Below are positions 29,251 to 39,594 of a stretch of DNA of 64,000 nt, piece by piece. The notes under the pieces are model-generated. The model was not told where the DNA came from. It did not search any database and saw only the letters and a program-made list of their open reading frames with translations. Position 1 is the stretch's first letter, and the number at the start of each line of letters is the position of its first letter. The DNA is from a virus (lineage: Duplodnaviria; Caudoviricetes), in the IMG/VR virus record IMGVR_UViG_2910903598_000004, positions 55,964 through 119,963 of that record. The stretch is one strand, 5' to 3'. A program made the position numbers and the translations under genes.

Positions 29251-30681
29251 TCACACAATGATCTGTGCATGAACAGATTTTTCAATCAACTCTTTATGAT
29301 CAATGACATATTGTTTTTCAAGGATACATTCCTCTGGAAAAGTAAACGTTGTTGCCTTTTCTTTTTCATCGAACTTTAACTCAGCTCTTTTTAAACAATA
29401 ACGAATCATTTCTGGAAGTCTTTCTATAGATTTTCTTATTTGTTCTTCCTGCCCTGATTTTTGTTCCGGTAGTTTCTTAGTATTTTTCTCTTCTTTTGTT
29501 TTTTCTTTTTTCTTTAATTGCAGCATGACGAGATTTAATTGTTCTTCTAATGATTTTACTTTTTCAGCAAGATCAGTATTCTTCATCTCTATTTCTGGCT
29601 TGCATAATTTGATTAATTCTACTTCCACTAAGACTCTTTTTGTTGTAGCAAAACGTAATTTTTCCAACAATGCTGATAAAATACGAATATCCCTGATCAA
29701 TAATTTTTCATCGATCAACTTTGCTTTCTCCTGTAGAAACTTCATTTGTTCAGTAGATACTTCTAATGCTTCTTCTGCATCTGTTCCCTGCCCAACTAAT
29801 AAAAGATTCCTTAGAAACCACAAAAAATCTGTGATAAATTGTGACCATTCTCTTCCTTGACTAGCAACATCTTCAATTAAGTCCATAACCTTCGCAACAT
29901 CCTGTGCCATAATGAAATCTAAAAGTTCACTATAGACCTGAATATCTACTGTTCCCAGTACATCTAACGTAGCATCATACGTCAATTTCTTGCCCAAATT
30001 AAAGGCAATGCACTGATCCAGAAGGCTTAACGCATCTCTCATGGAACCATCTGCTATTCGTGCGATATATTCCAAAGCTTTATCTTCTGCTTCTACCTTT
30101 TCTTGATTGGTAAGGTCAATCAATTGTTTTTTTATAACATTTGATGTAATACGATGGAAATCATATCTCTGACATCTTGATAAGATAGTGATAGGAATCT
30201 TATGAACTTCTGTCGTGGCCAAAATAAAAATGACATACTCCGGTGGTTCTTCCAATGTTTTTAATAAAGCATTAAAGGCTCCGATGGAAAGCATATGTAC
30301 TTCATCTATGATATAGACTTTGTATTTACCTGTTGCTGGCGAATACTGTACCTGCTCCTTAATCTCTCGAATATTATCAACGCCATTATTAGAAGCTGCA
30401 TCAATCTCGATTACATTCAAAGATGATCCTTCTGTGATTGATTTACATGTCTCACATTCTCCACATGGTTCTCCATCAATAGGATGCTCACAGTTTACTG
30501 CTTTTGCCAAAATCTTTGCGACGGTTGTTTTTCCAGTACCTCTTGTTCCACAAAATAAATAAGCATGACCTAAACGATGATTACGAATCTGGTTTTTCAG
30601 TGTCGTAACAATGTGATCTTGCCCTTTTACTTCATCAAACGTTTGCGGACGGAATTTCCGATACAATGCACTGTATGACAT
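29251..30681 (-). CDS. dnaX: DNA polymerase III subunit gamma/tau (clamp loader)
   Basis: ALYRKFRPQTF, GTRGTGKTT, EIDAASNNGVD, IIDEVHML, ILSRCQ, GSMRDALSLLDQ. Confidence 0.95.
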   Translation of the reverse strand: MSYSALYRKFRPQTFDEVKGQDHIVTTLKNQIRNHRLGHAYLFCGTRGTGKTTVAKILAKAVNCEHPIDGEPCGECETCKSITEGSSLNVIEIDAASNNGVDNIREIKEQVQYSPATGKYKVYIIDEVHMLSIGAFNALLKTLEEPPEYVIFILATTEVHKIPITILSRCQRYDFHRITSNVIKKQLIDLTNQEKVEAEDKALEYIARIADGSMRDALSLLDQCIAFNLGKKLTYDATLDVLGTVDIQVYSELLDFIMAQDVAKVMDLIEDVASQGREWSQFITDFLWFLRNLLLVGQGTDAEEALEVSTEQMKFLQEKAKLIDEKLLIRDIRILSALLEKLRFATTKRVLVEVELIKLCKPEIEMKNTDLAEKVKSLEEQLNLVMLQLKKKEKTKEEKNTKKLPEQKSGQEEQIRKSIERLPEMIRYCLKRAELKFDEKEKATTFTFPEECILEKQYVIDHKELIEKSVHAQIIV

Positions 30682-30697
30682 TGTTTACTCCTTTCTG

Positions 30698-31246
30698 CTA
30701 ATTCTTATTTTGTTTCCAATTTTGTTCATTATTAAACTTCATTTTCATGATGTTTGTACTATATGCGGTAACAAAACAATCAATAAAACGATGAATCCGA
30801 TTCATAAAAGTAAAAAATCCTTCATCTGTCATATTGATACAGCTTTTTTCTTTCTTTTCATTTTTAGTAACCTCAATTTCCAAATACCATGGATATTTTT
30901 TAGGCTGATTGTTATAGAAACTCTGTCGTCTTACCAATAAAGTACGCTTTAGCTTCTGAGCTTCATTTTTTTTGCATGAACTGTAACTACAATCCCCAAA
31001 TGATTTGGCAAATTCATATAGATATTCTGCCTGATCCACATCCAGATAAAATGTTACATTCTTTTTACTCCCTCCAACCTCTAATAATGAAATTGGAATC
31101 TTTGAATACTCAGTTTTACCATTAATTTTCTCTTTTTCTGCAAAAATACTTCCATAAAAGGATGATGTTACTTTCAGCTCATCCGCTGCAACTAACACTA
31201 CCTTCCCATTACTTGTTTTTGCAATGTCTCTTGCTTGTTTCTTCAT
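30698..31246 (-). CDS. Hypothetical protein
   Basis: 182-aa ORF in operon. Confidence 0.7.
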   Translation of the reverse strand: MKKQARDIAKTSNGKVVLVAADELKVTSSFYGSIFAEKEKINGKTEYSKIPISLLEVGGSKKNVTFYLDVDQAEYLYEFAKSFGDCSYSSCKKNEAQKLKRTLLVRRQSFYNNQPKKYPWYLEIEVTKNEKKEKSCINMTDEGFFTFMNRIHRFIDCFVTAYSTNIMKMKFNNEQNWKQNKN

Positions 31247-31437
31247 TCTTTATCCTTTCCATCCCAATCTTCCGGGATCTTATCATTTTCATTAAATGTC
31301 ATTGCATTAATAAGTCGGATTGTCATTTTGTGTAGAAATGGTATTTTCTCTACTGCCAGAGTTACCGTTCCTAAACCAATAAAAAAAACAGACATAAATG
31401 CAACTAAATATACTAAATCGTTTAGCATCTTAATCAT
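31243..31437 (-). CDS. Small membrane protein
   Basis: 64 aa, one TM segment, RBS. Confidence 0.6.
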   Translation of the reverse strand: MIKMLNDLVYLVAFMSVFFIGLGTVTLAVEKIPFLHKMTIRLINAMTFNENDKIPEDWDGKDKE

Positions 31438-31446
31438 TCTCCTTTC

Positions 31447-31698
31447 TCATAATTCAATAAAATCTTTATTAACGTATAATATAATGCGAAGACAATAGTT
31501 ATCAGCTACATGCCAGCTTTCTTCATAAACACCATTTACTGAACCTTTTTGCACTGCATATTTCTCAACAGTTCCCGCATCTGGCGGTCCAATATGTCCT
31601 GTATCTCTGCCGGTTTCCAGAAGTTCCTTCCGGAATTCCTCACATTTCTGAACAAAGTTACTTACCTCTTTCCTTCCTTGATCAGTCAGTTTTAACAT
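31447..31698 (-). CDS. Hypothetical protein
   Basis: 83 aa, GGAGG RBS. Confidence 0.65.
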   Translation of the reverse strand: MLKLTDQGRKEVSNFVQKCEEFRKELLETGRDTGHIGPPDAGTVEKYAVQKGSVNGVYEESWHVADNYCLRIILYVNKDFIEL

Positions 31699-32234
31699 AC
31701 TTTTTTCCTCCTAATTGTTCGACTTTCTATTACCTCGATCCAAAAATCTCGATCATTATTTTTTTGATTATTACTTTCTGCCCATTTACGGTATTCTGTC
31801 GGATCTAATCCTAAAAAATCCATAAGTATCTTTCCTGTACTATGAGTCTGCCAATATTTGATCCAATCATCTAAATCAGCTAGAACAGATTCCCCATCTA
31901 AACAGGATTGAATAAACGACTTACTTCGGTATTTCATATTGATGCCTTCTTTTTCATAAAAACATCTTAAATACCCTTTTAAATCATTGTCTTTGTGTTG
32001 CAAGCTGGCAGCTATATCAATAATCTGACGATCAATGTCTCCATATGCTCCACAAAAAATAACCTCAATACGTGTCAGTATCATTTTTTCATCATGCGAC
32101 AATGTTTTATTGCTTCTCCTAAGATTATGAGCTGTTTCTGCATATACTCTTAGAGTTTCTGGATCTCGTAATCCGATTTGCAAAAAACCACCATTGTTAC
32201 AAAATGATTCAACCATGTTTAAGAATTCATCCAT
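31692..32234 (-). CDS. Hypothetical protein
   Basis: 180 aa, first gene after leader copy 4. Confidence 0.65.
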   Translation of the reverse strand: MDEFLNMVESFCNNGGFLQIGLRDPETLRVYAETAHNLRRSNKTLSHDEKMILTRIEVIFCGAYGDIDRQIIDIAASLQHKDNDLKGYLRCFYEKEGINMKYRSKSFIQSCLDGESVLADLDDWIKYWQTHSTGKILMDFLGLDPTEYRKWAESNNQKNNDRDFWIEVIESRTIRRKKVC

Positions 32235-32242
32235 CCTCTTCT

Positions 32243-32412
32243 CTCCTTTCTTAACGTAAAAAAGGGCACAAAAAAAACAGACCTTTCGTCTGTTAAATTT
32301 GTACCCTTTTATAAATAAAAGTTATTAAGTTTCTTTTTAAGTATTTTCTATAAAAAGTCCCACTTTTCCTGTTTGGGGAATCTGATAAAAAATACAATTT
32401 TATATTATCATA
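32243..32412 (-). promoter_or_regulatory. Repeated operon leader, diverged copy 4
   Basis: TGTATTTTTTATCAGATTCCC...GGGACTTTTTATAGAA and GGGTACAAATTTAACAGAC-GAAAG-GTCTGTT...TTTGTGCCC-T-run; same architecture as other copies. Confidence 0.6.
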
Positions 32413-32724
32413 ATTTTATTGTTTTATCAATGTATTTCACTAAAAAAAAATGGACCATTGCATATTGCAATGATCCATAAAAAATTATAGATAATATGAT
32501 TTAAATTTTTCTTTTTTAAACATCCACCACATCCTAATTTTAAATCGAACCGGTAATTTAATCGTTATATCATTTTCTTCTCTACATTTAATTTCCTCCT
32601 GAATATACTGTTTCCCAACCATTTTGATTGCTTCTTCAAATTTCATTATTTTCCCCTTTCTTAATCTTAATTTTTCCCTACATTATAAGAATAGTTAATT
32701 TTAAAAAAGGGGAAACGAAATAGC

Positions 32725-35700
32725 TTATTTAATTTTAATTTTTACAGTTTTCTTTTTGTTGGTACCATCCGTAGACATTACTGTAATTATTACAGTTTTC
32801 TTCTTTCCTGTTTTCTTGGCTATTACTTTACCAGAAGATGATACAGTGGCATATTTTGTATTGCTACTCTTCCAAATAAGCTTCTTGTTTGCTCCTTTTG
32901 AAGCTTTTACCTTTGCTGTTAATTTTAAAGTTTTACCAGCTTTCACTGTTTTCTTTCCCTTAATGGAAATACTCTTAACAGAACCTTTCATGACTTTAAT
33001 CTTATAGGTTGCTTTTTTATTACTTCCATCCTTTGCAATGGCAGTAATTGTTACGGTTTTGCCCGCGGCCCTTTTATTGATCTTCACAACACCGTTTTTA
33101 TTAACTGTCGCAATTTTTTTATTACTCGTTTCCCAATTGACTGCTTTATTTTTGGCATTTTTCGGCAAAATGTTTGCTGTTAATTTGATTGATTTGCCAG
33201 CAGCAATCTGCTTAGAAATACCGTTGATCGTAATTTTGTCAACCTTTACAATCGGCTTTATCAGGTTAGATTTATCCGACTTATTTTCTGTAGAATTATT
33301 ATTCTGGTTATGATCCTTTTGTGCTACATTAATGACATATGATCTCTCAATTCTTCCTACGTATCGGTTGATTCCTGTAATAGCTACTACTGCCATTCCT
33401 GCCTTAACATTATTATGATATTCCACCTGATAATCTGTACCTTTTTCTAATAACAAATTACCTCTTTTTACTGTAATATCTGGTTCTTTTGCTAATCCAT
33501 CTTCTGTAAATTGTTCTGATGATAATTTTACTGTACAATCGGAAATATCATTTTGACCTGGCAATTCCCATCTGTAAATAACACCATAATATGAATCATT
33601 CTGAGAATTACTATCTTTTTCATCATCTGATGATAATTTCATAGAACAGTATGTGTTTTGATCTTCATCAAACTTCATATCACTTGTCTTATAATTAAAT
33701 GTAACCTTTTTACTTTCCCCTGCCTGAATCGTTGAAACTGCTTTTGTTGTTAATTTGTCTGATAGCTTATTATCTTTATAAAAATCAATTATTCCGGAGG
33801 CTGCTACTTGGCCATTATTTGTCACTGTTGCAGTATATTGTACACCATCTTTTGTAATCGTCTTCTTAACATCCGTAATTCCAAGATCTGTATAAGAGAC
33901 TTCCTCTTTTAATTGTGACTGAGATGTATCTTTTTGTCCATCAGCAACTGTCTCTACTGTAAAGTTTTCGATTCGTGTTATATTATCAAATGAAAATTTG
34001 TCTTCAAATAGTTTTGATTCCCCTGGTAACAGATTACATGATACCGTTTTATTTACAATTTCCCCATCATCATTACTAATCTTTAAATTAAAACTCTTGA
34101 TAGTTTCTTCACTTTGATTGGTTACTGTATATAAAACTGGCTGTTCACCATTTTCCATATCATTTCCATCAATAGACATATCTTCTATTGCAATCTTTGG
34201 AGCAGATTTTTTATGGATATAAAACATACTTGTTTTTTCATCATCATCTGAATCCTGAGCATTTAGAATAATATCCCACTCTCCATTATCGTCTAACGTA
34301 GCAGTAAAATAGTTTCCATTAACCCCTTGTTGTGTATAAATATTAACAGGAGCACTGTAACCATCTTTTGTCTTAACTGATGAATAAAATTTACAGCCTG
34401 AGTCATCATTTTCCATCCATAATATAGCTGTTTTATCTCCGTTAGATTCTTGTATTGCATTAGCACTAATAGCTGTCTTATTAGAGTCAGATATATCTTT
34501 TGTGATCTTGGTAGATAAATTGTATGATTTTAAAGTTCCATCTTGCACATATGTTATGATGTCCTTAGTTACATGAATATTAGAAAGATCCGCAGCATTA
34601 TCATATACGACATTTTCTTTTCCAGTATCTAAATCATAAAATTTAGTATTTTGATCATTATCTGTTCCTATATAGATTGCATGATACTTGTTTTCTGCAT
34701 ACGTTCCAGTTAATTCTGAAATATAGGTATCAGTATTTCCAATATCGGTTGCCTGCTGCCATTTATTGTTATCATATTCAGAAACCTTAATTGTTTTTTT
34801 ACCTTTTAATGTAACAATATCATTTGATGGAACATTTACCCACATAACAGCCGGTGTACCATTTTTATCTATTAGTTTTGGCATCATATCCAATGTATCA
34901 TTATCTGAAATTTTTTCTACTTTACCAAAAGACTTTGTATTGGCATCATATTTACTAATATAAATTTCACTATCTTTTGCAATATTTTCTGTTTGTTTAT
35001 CAATATCAGCACTGTCAGCTATTTTCTTATCACACTTCTGCCATGTAACGAAAATATCATTTCCGATTTTTTTCAGATCAGCAAACGTATCTAAAGTTCC
35101 ATTATCTAAAAATGCTTTTGGTTCAGACCATTTACCATTATGATAAATTGAGTACATTAATTTTACACTATTTTGTGTGCTTCTACTTGCATCGTTGGAT
35201 TGAAATACCATGATAGTATCATCTTCTTGTTTAATCATTTTAGGAATACTATTAGGCAATATATAACTTTGCAATTCTTTGGTTGTAATTGTATTATTAG
35301 AACTTGCCTGTCGTAATTTATTATTTTTTGCAGATATATTACCTTTCCATGCACTTGTTTTATTTTGATATGTCCGGTCTTTAAGTTTTAACTTAATTTG
35401 ACTATTTGATACTGATTTTAATTTAGCTGATTTATTTTCGTCCTTTTTATCAGTATCCTTTTTTGTTGTATTCCAAAGCCTTACATTGTTTCCTGTAATA
35501 ACACTTCTTCTATAATCATATAAAAATATAATTTGTGATTCAAGATAAACATTTCCTGTCATGTCTCCCTTTGACCAAGGAACTATTTGCCAATTAAGAG
35601 TTGCTTCTCCACTTGCTCCTATTGTAGCTAATCCACTGATTCCAAGACCACAATTAGCATTAAAAAATCCTTTTGTACTTAATCCTGTCAGTTCGAATTC

Positions 35701-37437
35701 TATTCCACTTTTATCTATAGAATTTATTTTTAATACATTAGTTCCATCTATAGTACCCTTAACGCCTATATAGTAAGGAATAGGTGGTGTAGCTGAAATA
35801 TACTGCACAGTCTTACTTGCTTCCCATCTTAACAAGAATCCGATTCTTCCATTTTTGGAAATAAGCTTTCCATTTTCATCATATTTTGTTTCATAATATC
35901 CAATTAAATTAATTTCTGGTTTCTTTTCAAATTTTTTGGTAAGATCAAAAGATTCTTTATCTCCATCCGCCATAAGTACAGATCGCATACCTTTTACTTG
36001 ATTTAAATTATTTTCAGCTTTTTTTATTTTTTTCACTATTTCATCTTCGTTATATGTCTTTTTATTAACACCTATAAGTGCTTTTATTGTATAACCTCCA
36101 TCTTTATCATTTGATCTCGTTACTTTTGTTCCAATTGCTGGAATTGAAATCTTGTATTCGCCTGGGTAAATTTTAGTAATTGGATCATAAGCTTCCCCTG
36201 ATAATTCATCAAATAATTTTACAGAAGGACCTATATATGGAAGATTAGTATCTGCAGTATCTTTATATTCTGGTTGTTTTACAGAACTGTTCTCTTTTTC
36301 TTTTGCATTACTTACAGTATCTGCATAATTCCAAACATTTGTATGTGAAAGATCCAATTTCAGAGCAGGACGAATTCCCGCATTCACATTATCAACTGGA
36401 AGTCCTCCAGTATATCCAAAATAATCTATTGCAGAGGCATAACGTGAATTAAGCCCTGGTGAACGTAACCACCACCAACTGCATCCATAATTATCTGTAA
36501 AAATATTGACAGCATTTCCCATAGCTTTTGCATATGTGCTACTTTTACAGGATCTAGCATCATCTGTACTTACTGCTTCAGTTAAAAATCCATACTTTGC
36601 TGCATCAACTGAAACTTCTGACTGTGATAATAAAAAGATTTGGTCTTGGGTATCATTTCCACCTTCTGTTTGATATGTAAGATTATTATTATTTTTAATT
36701 TTTGTTTCTTCTATTGCATTTTCTTCTTCTTCTGAAAATGCACTGTTTATAAAATTATTTTTTGTATAATCATCATCTTTAGAATTTTGTAACCCTTTAT
36801 ATCCATTTAGCCAACTTCTAATTATACTTTTCTCCCATGTAGTTTTATGCCATGTGTCATATTTCTGAGTGTCCAAAATTTTATCTGATAAAAGTAATGC
36901 TTCATTACCGTCAACATTTAAAACTCTCCATTTTATTTTTTCATATCGAAAGTAATGATATTTTGTATCATTGTCCTTATCCCAGTTATAATATCCTTCT
37001 TGATCAGAAAGAAATTTATATGTAGTATCATCACTACTTAGTCTTCGATACTTTACATTATCAATCGTTATATCTCCGTTGCTATCCCATCCCGTTGCAT
37101 TTTTTAGTTTGGAATATACCGATGGCTCTATTTCATAATCATCCTCTTCTTCCCATTTTTTAGCAAAAGCCCCACTTCTATGCGGAGTATCAACAATCTC
37201 CGTTTGTGGATAGCTTCCAAAATAAATACAATCCCACGTTACTTTTTGTCCTGATTTTAAAGAAGAATCTTTCACAATTCTAGGATTTGATATTTTCGTT
37301 TCCGTAGCTGCGGATACATTAATTTCACTTCCTTTTAAGTTAATCTTTTGAATTGGTGTTGTTGATAAGACTGTTGTTGTAATAACCATTGCAGACAAAA
37401 ATTTTTTTGTTGCTAAACATAATTTTGATAATTGCAT
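32725..37437 (-). CDS. Large secreted/surface protein: signal peptide, DUF6273-like domain, beta-rich middle, C-terminal Ig-like (Big_2) repeats
   Basis: N-terminal signal; FGSYPQ, IKWRVL, WWWLRSPG, GIRPAL; two Big_2-like repeats (W.(T/S)SN.K.ATV...G.V). Confidence 0.8.
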   Translation of the reverse strand: MQLSKLCLATKKFLSAMVITTTVLSTTPIQKINLKGSEINVSAATETKISNPRIVKDSSLKSGQKVTWDCIYFGSYPQTEIVDTPHRSGAFAKKWEEEDDYEIEPSVYSKLKNATGWDSNGDITIDNVKYRRLSSDDTTYKFLSDQEGYYNWDKDNDTKYHYFRYEKIKWRVLNVDGNEALLLSDKILDTQKYDTWHKTTWEKSIIRSWLNGYKGLQNSKDDDYTKNNFINSAFSEEEENAIEETKIKNNNNLTYQTEGGNDTQDQIFLLSQSEVSVDAAKYGFLTEAVSTDDARSCKSSTYAKAMGNAVNIFTDNYGCSWWWLRSPGLNSRYASAIDYFGYTGGLPVDNVNAGIRPALKLDLSHTNVWNYADTVSNAKEKENSSVKQPEYKDTADTNLPYIGPSVKLFDELSGEAYDPITKIYPGEYKISIPAIGTKVTRSNDKDGGYTIKALIGVNKKTYNEDEIVKKIKKAENNLNQVKGMRSVLMADGDKESFDLTKKFEKKPEINLIGYYETKYDENGKLISKNGRIGFLLRWEASKTVQYISATPPIPYYIGVKGTIDGTNVLKINSIDKSGIEFELTGLSTKGFFNANCGLGISGLATIGASGEATLNWQIVPWSKGDMTGNVYLESQIIFLYDYRRSVITGNNVRLWNTTKKDTDKKDENKSAKLKSVSNSQIKLKLKDRTYQNKTSAWKGNISAKNNKLRQASSNNTITTKELQSYILPNSIPKMIKQEDDTIMVFQSNDASRSTQNSVKLMYSIYHNGKWSEPKAFLDNGTLDTFADLKKIGNDIFVTWQKCDKKIADSADIDKQTENIAKDSEIYISKYDANTKSFGKVEKISDNDTLDMMPKLIDKNGTPAVMWVNVPSNDIVTLKGKKTIKVSEYDNNKWQQATDIGNTDTYISELTGTYAENKYHAIYIGTDNDQNTKFYDLDTGKENVVYDNAADLSNIHVTKDIITYVQDGTLKSYNLSTKITKDISDSNKTAISANAIQESNGDKTAILWMENDDSGCKFYSSVKTKDGYSAPVNIYTQQGVNGNYFTATLDDNGEWDIILNAQDSDDDEKTSMFYIHKKSAPKIAIEDMSIDGNDMENGEQPVLYTVTNQSEETIKSFNLKISNDDGEIVNKTVSCNLLPGESKLFEDKFSFDNITRIENFTVETVADGQKDTSQSQLKEEVSYTDLGITDVKKTITKDGVQYTATVTNNGQVAASGIIDFYKDNKLSDKLTTKAVSTIQAGESKKVTFNYKTSDMKFDEDQNTYCSMKLSSDDEKDSNSQNDSYYGVIYRWELPGQNDISDCTVKLSSEQFTEDGLAKEPDITVKRGNLLLEKGTDYQVEYHNNVKAGMAVVAITGINRYVGRIERSYVINVAQKDHNQNNNSTENKSDKSNLIKPIVKVDKITINGISKQIAAGKSIKLTANILPKNAKNKAVNWETSNKKIATVNKNGVVKINKRAAGKTVTITAIAKDGSNKKATYKIKVMKGSVKSISIKGKKTVKAGKTLKLTAKVKASKGANKKLIWKSSNTKYATVSSSGKVIAKKTGKKKTVIITVMSTDGTNKKKTVKIKIK

Positions 37438-37635
37438 ATAATTCCCCTTTCTTCATACATTTTCAATTACCCTTTATTAATTTTATATAGTTATATTTTA
37501 ACATTTTATCATCTAATCTTCTACATTTTTTAGAAATTATATTTATTTTCTCAATGATTTGACAAGATATATTAATTATAGTAATATTTAAAGAGAAACT
37601 ATTAATATATTTTAGCTCATATAATAATAACTGTA

Positions 37636-37665
37636 AAAGACCAGCAGAAATCTGCTGGTCTTTTA
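37636..37665. terminator. Bidirectional-type terminator hairpin
   Basis: AAAAGACCAGCAGA-AA-TCTGCTGGTCTTTT perfect inverted repeat. Confidence 0.7.
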
Positions 37666-37668
37666 TGA

Positions 37669-37857
37669 TCACGATTCAACTTTAATCATATCTTTATATG
37701 CCGGAATTGTTGTCGCGACTTTTACCTCTGTTGAAGCAACTTTATTATTGGAGTCTGAAATAACATTTGCACCAATTACCGTTATAACAGATAATAATAA
37801 TGTGAAAGCTATTATCTGCAATCGTTTTCTTATTAAATTCAAAATATTACCTCCCAA
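37669..37857 (-). CDS. Small exported/membrane peptide
   Basis: Basic N-terminus plus hydrophobic segment; true start may be the TTG after GGGAGG. Confidence 0.5.
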   Translation of the reverse strand: MGGNILNLIRKRLQIIAFTLLLSVITVIGANVISDSNNKVASTEVKVATTIPAYKDMIKVES

Positions 37858-37869
37858 TACATATTATAA

Positions 37870-38393
37870 TTACTTTTTATACGTATATGAAACGGAATCC
37901 CGCATAGCAGATTTTCCTAAACGCTCTTCTGCTTCCTTAGTAACTTTTTCAGAATATTCTTTCAAAGATGCGAAGGTTAAATCAGAGGACTTTTGTTCTT
38001 CCTGGGAATCATCGAATTCCAATGTTTCGTCATTCTCCTGTCTTTTCTTTAAATCAGTAGAGTCTTTTTGCATAAGCTCATCTAATGACCAGCCTAAAGA
38101 TTTACTAATCAGATCAATATATGACAAAATATTACCTAATTCTTTTTGTGTATATGAAATATCTAACGAATCACCTTGAAAAATCCATTTTTGTATCATA
38201 TTCGTTAATTTCCCGACTTTTCCTGACAATCCAAATAATCCATTAATAATACCACCAATATCTACTGTTTCTGGATGGCAACTAATTCTTAAACCTGTAT
38301 TATAATCTTCAATTCTTTTAATTGTATTAGACAGCTTTTTGTGTATTCTGCATCCTCTGTCATTGTTAACTTTTGAAATTCTTTATTTACCAT
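37870..38393 (-). pseudogene. Frameshifted MazG-like NTP pyrophosphohydrolase with degenerate active site
   Basis: ATG 38393 with GGAGGAG RBS gives MVNKEFQKLTMT...; one missing A in the A5 run (38336-38340) rejoins DIGGIINGLFGLSGKVGKLTNMIQKWIF...KELGNILSYI...LGWSLDELMQ. Confidence 0.65.
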
Positions 38394-38527
38394 TTTCTCC
38401 TCCTGTTTTATTTTTACAACATATTTTTCTCTTAAAAACTTTAGAATTCCAAATTTTATTTATCCTCTTTTATTTTCATTTTATATTATAATTATATAAT
38501 ATTTTATACTTAAAAGAAATCTCTTTG

Positions 38528-38640
38528 TTGCCTCTCCTATTGTTTATGTTATAATATTAGAAGGCTGATTTATAGCCTGGTATATTAATACTCCCTATCA
38601 AAAAGAGGACTGTACCCCCTATCCGCAGTTCTCTTTAATC
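38528..38640 (+). ncRNA. Candidate small RNA (plus-strand sigmaA promoter, hairpin, terminator)
   Basis: TTGCCT-16 nt-TATAAT with TG extension (38547-38555); AGGCT..AGCCT hairpin; AAAGAGGACTG...CAGTTCTCTTT stem; no ORF. Confidence 0.4.
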
Positions 38641-38754
38641 CCCAATATATTGTATATTCTTTGTATCATTCAATTCATATCATTGTTTTCTCTTATCTAA
38701 CAAATCTACACACTCATAGGTGTATGATTCGCTCTCAAAGGCATAGAATAACAT

Positions 38755-39594
38755 TTATAAAATCCGAACTTGTTTAATTTCTCCATAATTACCACCCTTC
38801 TCTCTAAAATTGATTATAGACTTGACTACTTCCATCATTGTGCAATTTTCTGTCCTTGCAATTTGTAAAACTGCCACTTTTAATAATTGTTTATAATTCC
38901 ACAAATCCTTATCAATTGGAATTGTTACAAGCGAATCCATCTTTGTTATTGGCTGATTTTTTCTTTTATACAGCAGTGTTGTATCATTTTTCCTTCTAAT
39001 GCCAAATGGTATCCATCCTATATTCTCAATATATTCAATTAATTTCTTCGGATCAATTAGATTTAGCTGATCTTCTTCTGTTTCAGCTTTGTTATTTTCA
39101 GAGTTTTTATTACATTTTTTTAGTTCAATCTCATAAATATTATCTGTTAGAATTTTAAAATCATTTTCACAACATCTCCCTGAATCTACAATCCCAATCA
39201 TTGTTTCAATATCAAACATATTTAAGTTTGTAACACCAGATATATAAGCAGGCGTAAAAAGTCTATTTTTATATAAACGAACTGCAATTTCCAATGATGT
39301 CTGTATTTTAGCTTTTTCTTTTGTTTCTTTGATTATTTCTTCTATATTCATTACATTCTGATAAAGTTCTAATTCTGTGCAATTTTCTACTTTTATAATG
39401 GTCAAAATTGCTTCTTTCATAGACTCCTGGTAATCCAAAAGCTCTTTCTCTAACGGAATATTGATTTGGTACATATTCTCTCCACCATCTGTAATTACTT
39501 TTTTCTGATAAACAGCAACATCTTTTCTTTTTCGTTCAATTTTTACCCATCCAGAATTTTCGACATATTCTATTAATTTTTTTGTATAATTCAT
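38755..39594 (-). CDS. Hypothetical protein with an internally duplicated domain
   Basis: KKLIEYVENSGW...IPLEKELLDY...ENCT and KKLIEYIENIGW...IPIDKDLWNY...ENCT. Confidence 0.7.
   Translation of the reverse strand: MNYTKKLIEYVENSGWVKIERKRKDVAVYQKKVITDGGENMYQINIPLEKELLDYQESMKEAILTIIKVENCTELELYQNVMNIEEIIKETKEKAKIQTSLEIAVRLYKNRLFTPAYISGVTNLNMFDIETMIGIVDSGRCCENDFKILTDNIYEIELKKCNKNSENNKAETEEDQLNLIDPKKLIEYIENIGWIPFGIRRKNDTTLLYKRKNQPITKMDSLVTIPIDKDLWNYKQLLKVAVLQIARTENCTMMEVVKSIINFREKGGNYGEIKQVRIL

Noticed and set aside
31347-31357. 11-nt match (TCTCTACTGCC) to the 3' end of spacer A
   Set aside because: An 11-mer hit among ~11 spacers and 128 kb of both strands is compatible with chance, and the PAM is unknown; not claimed as self-targeting
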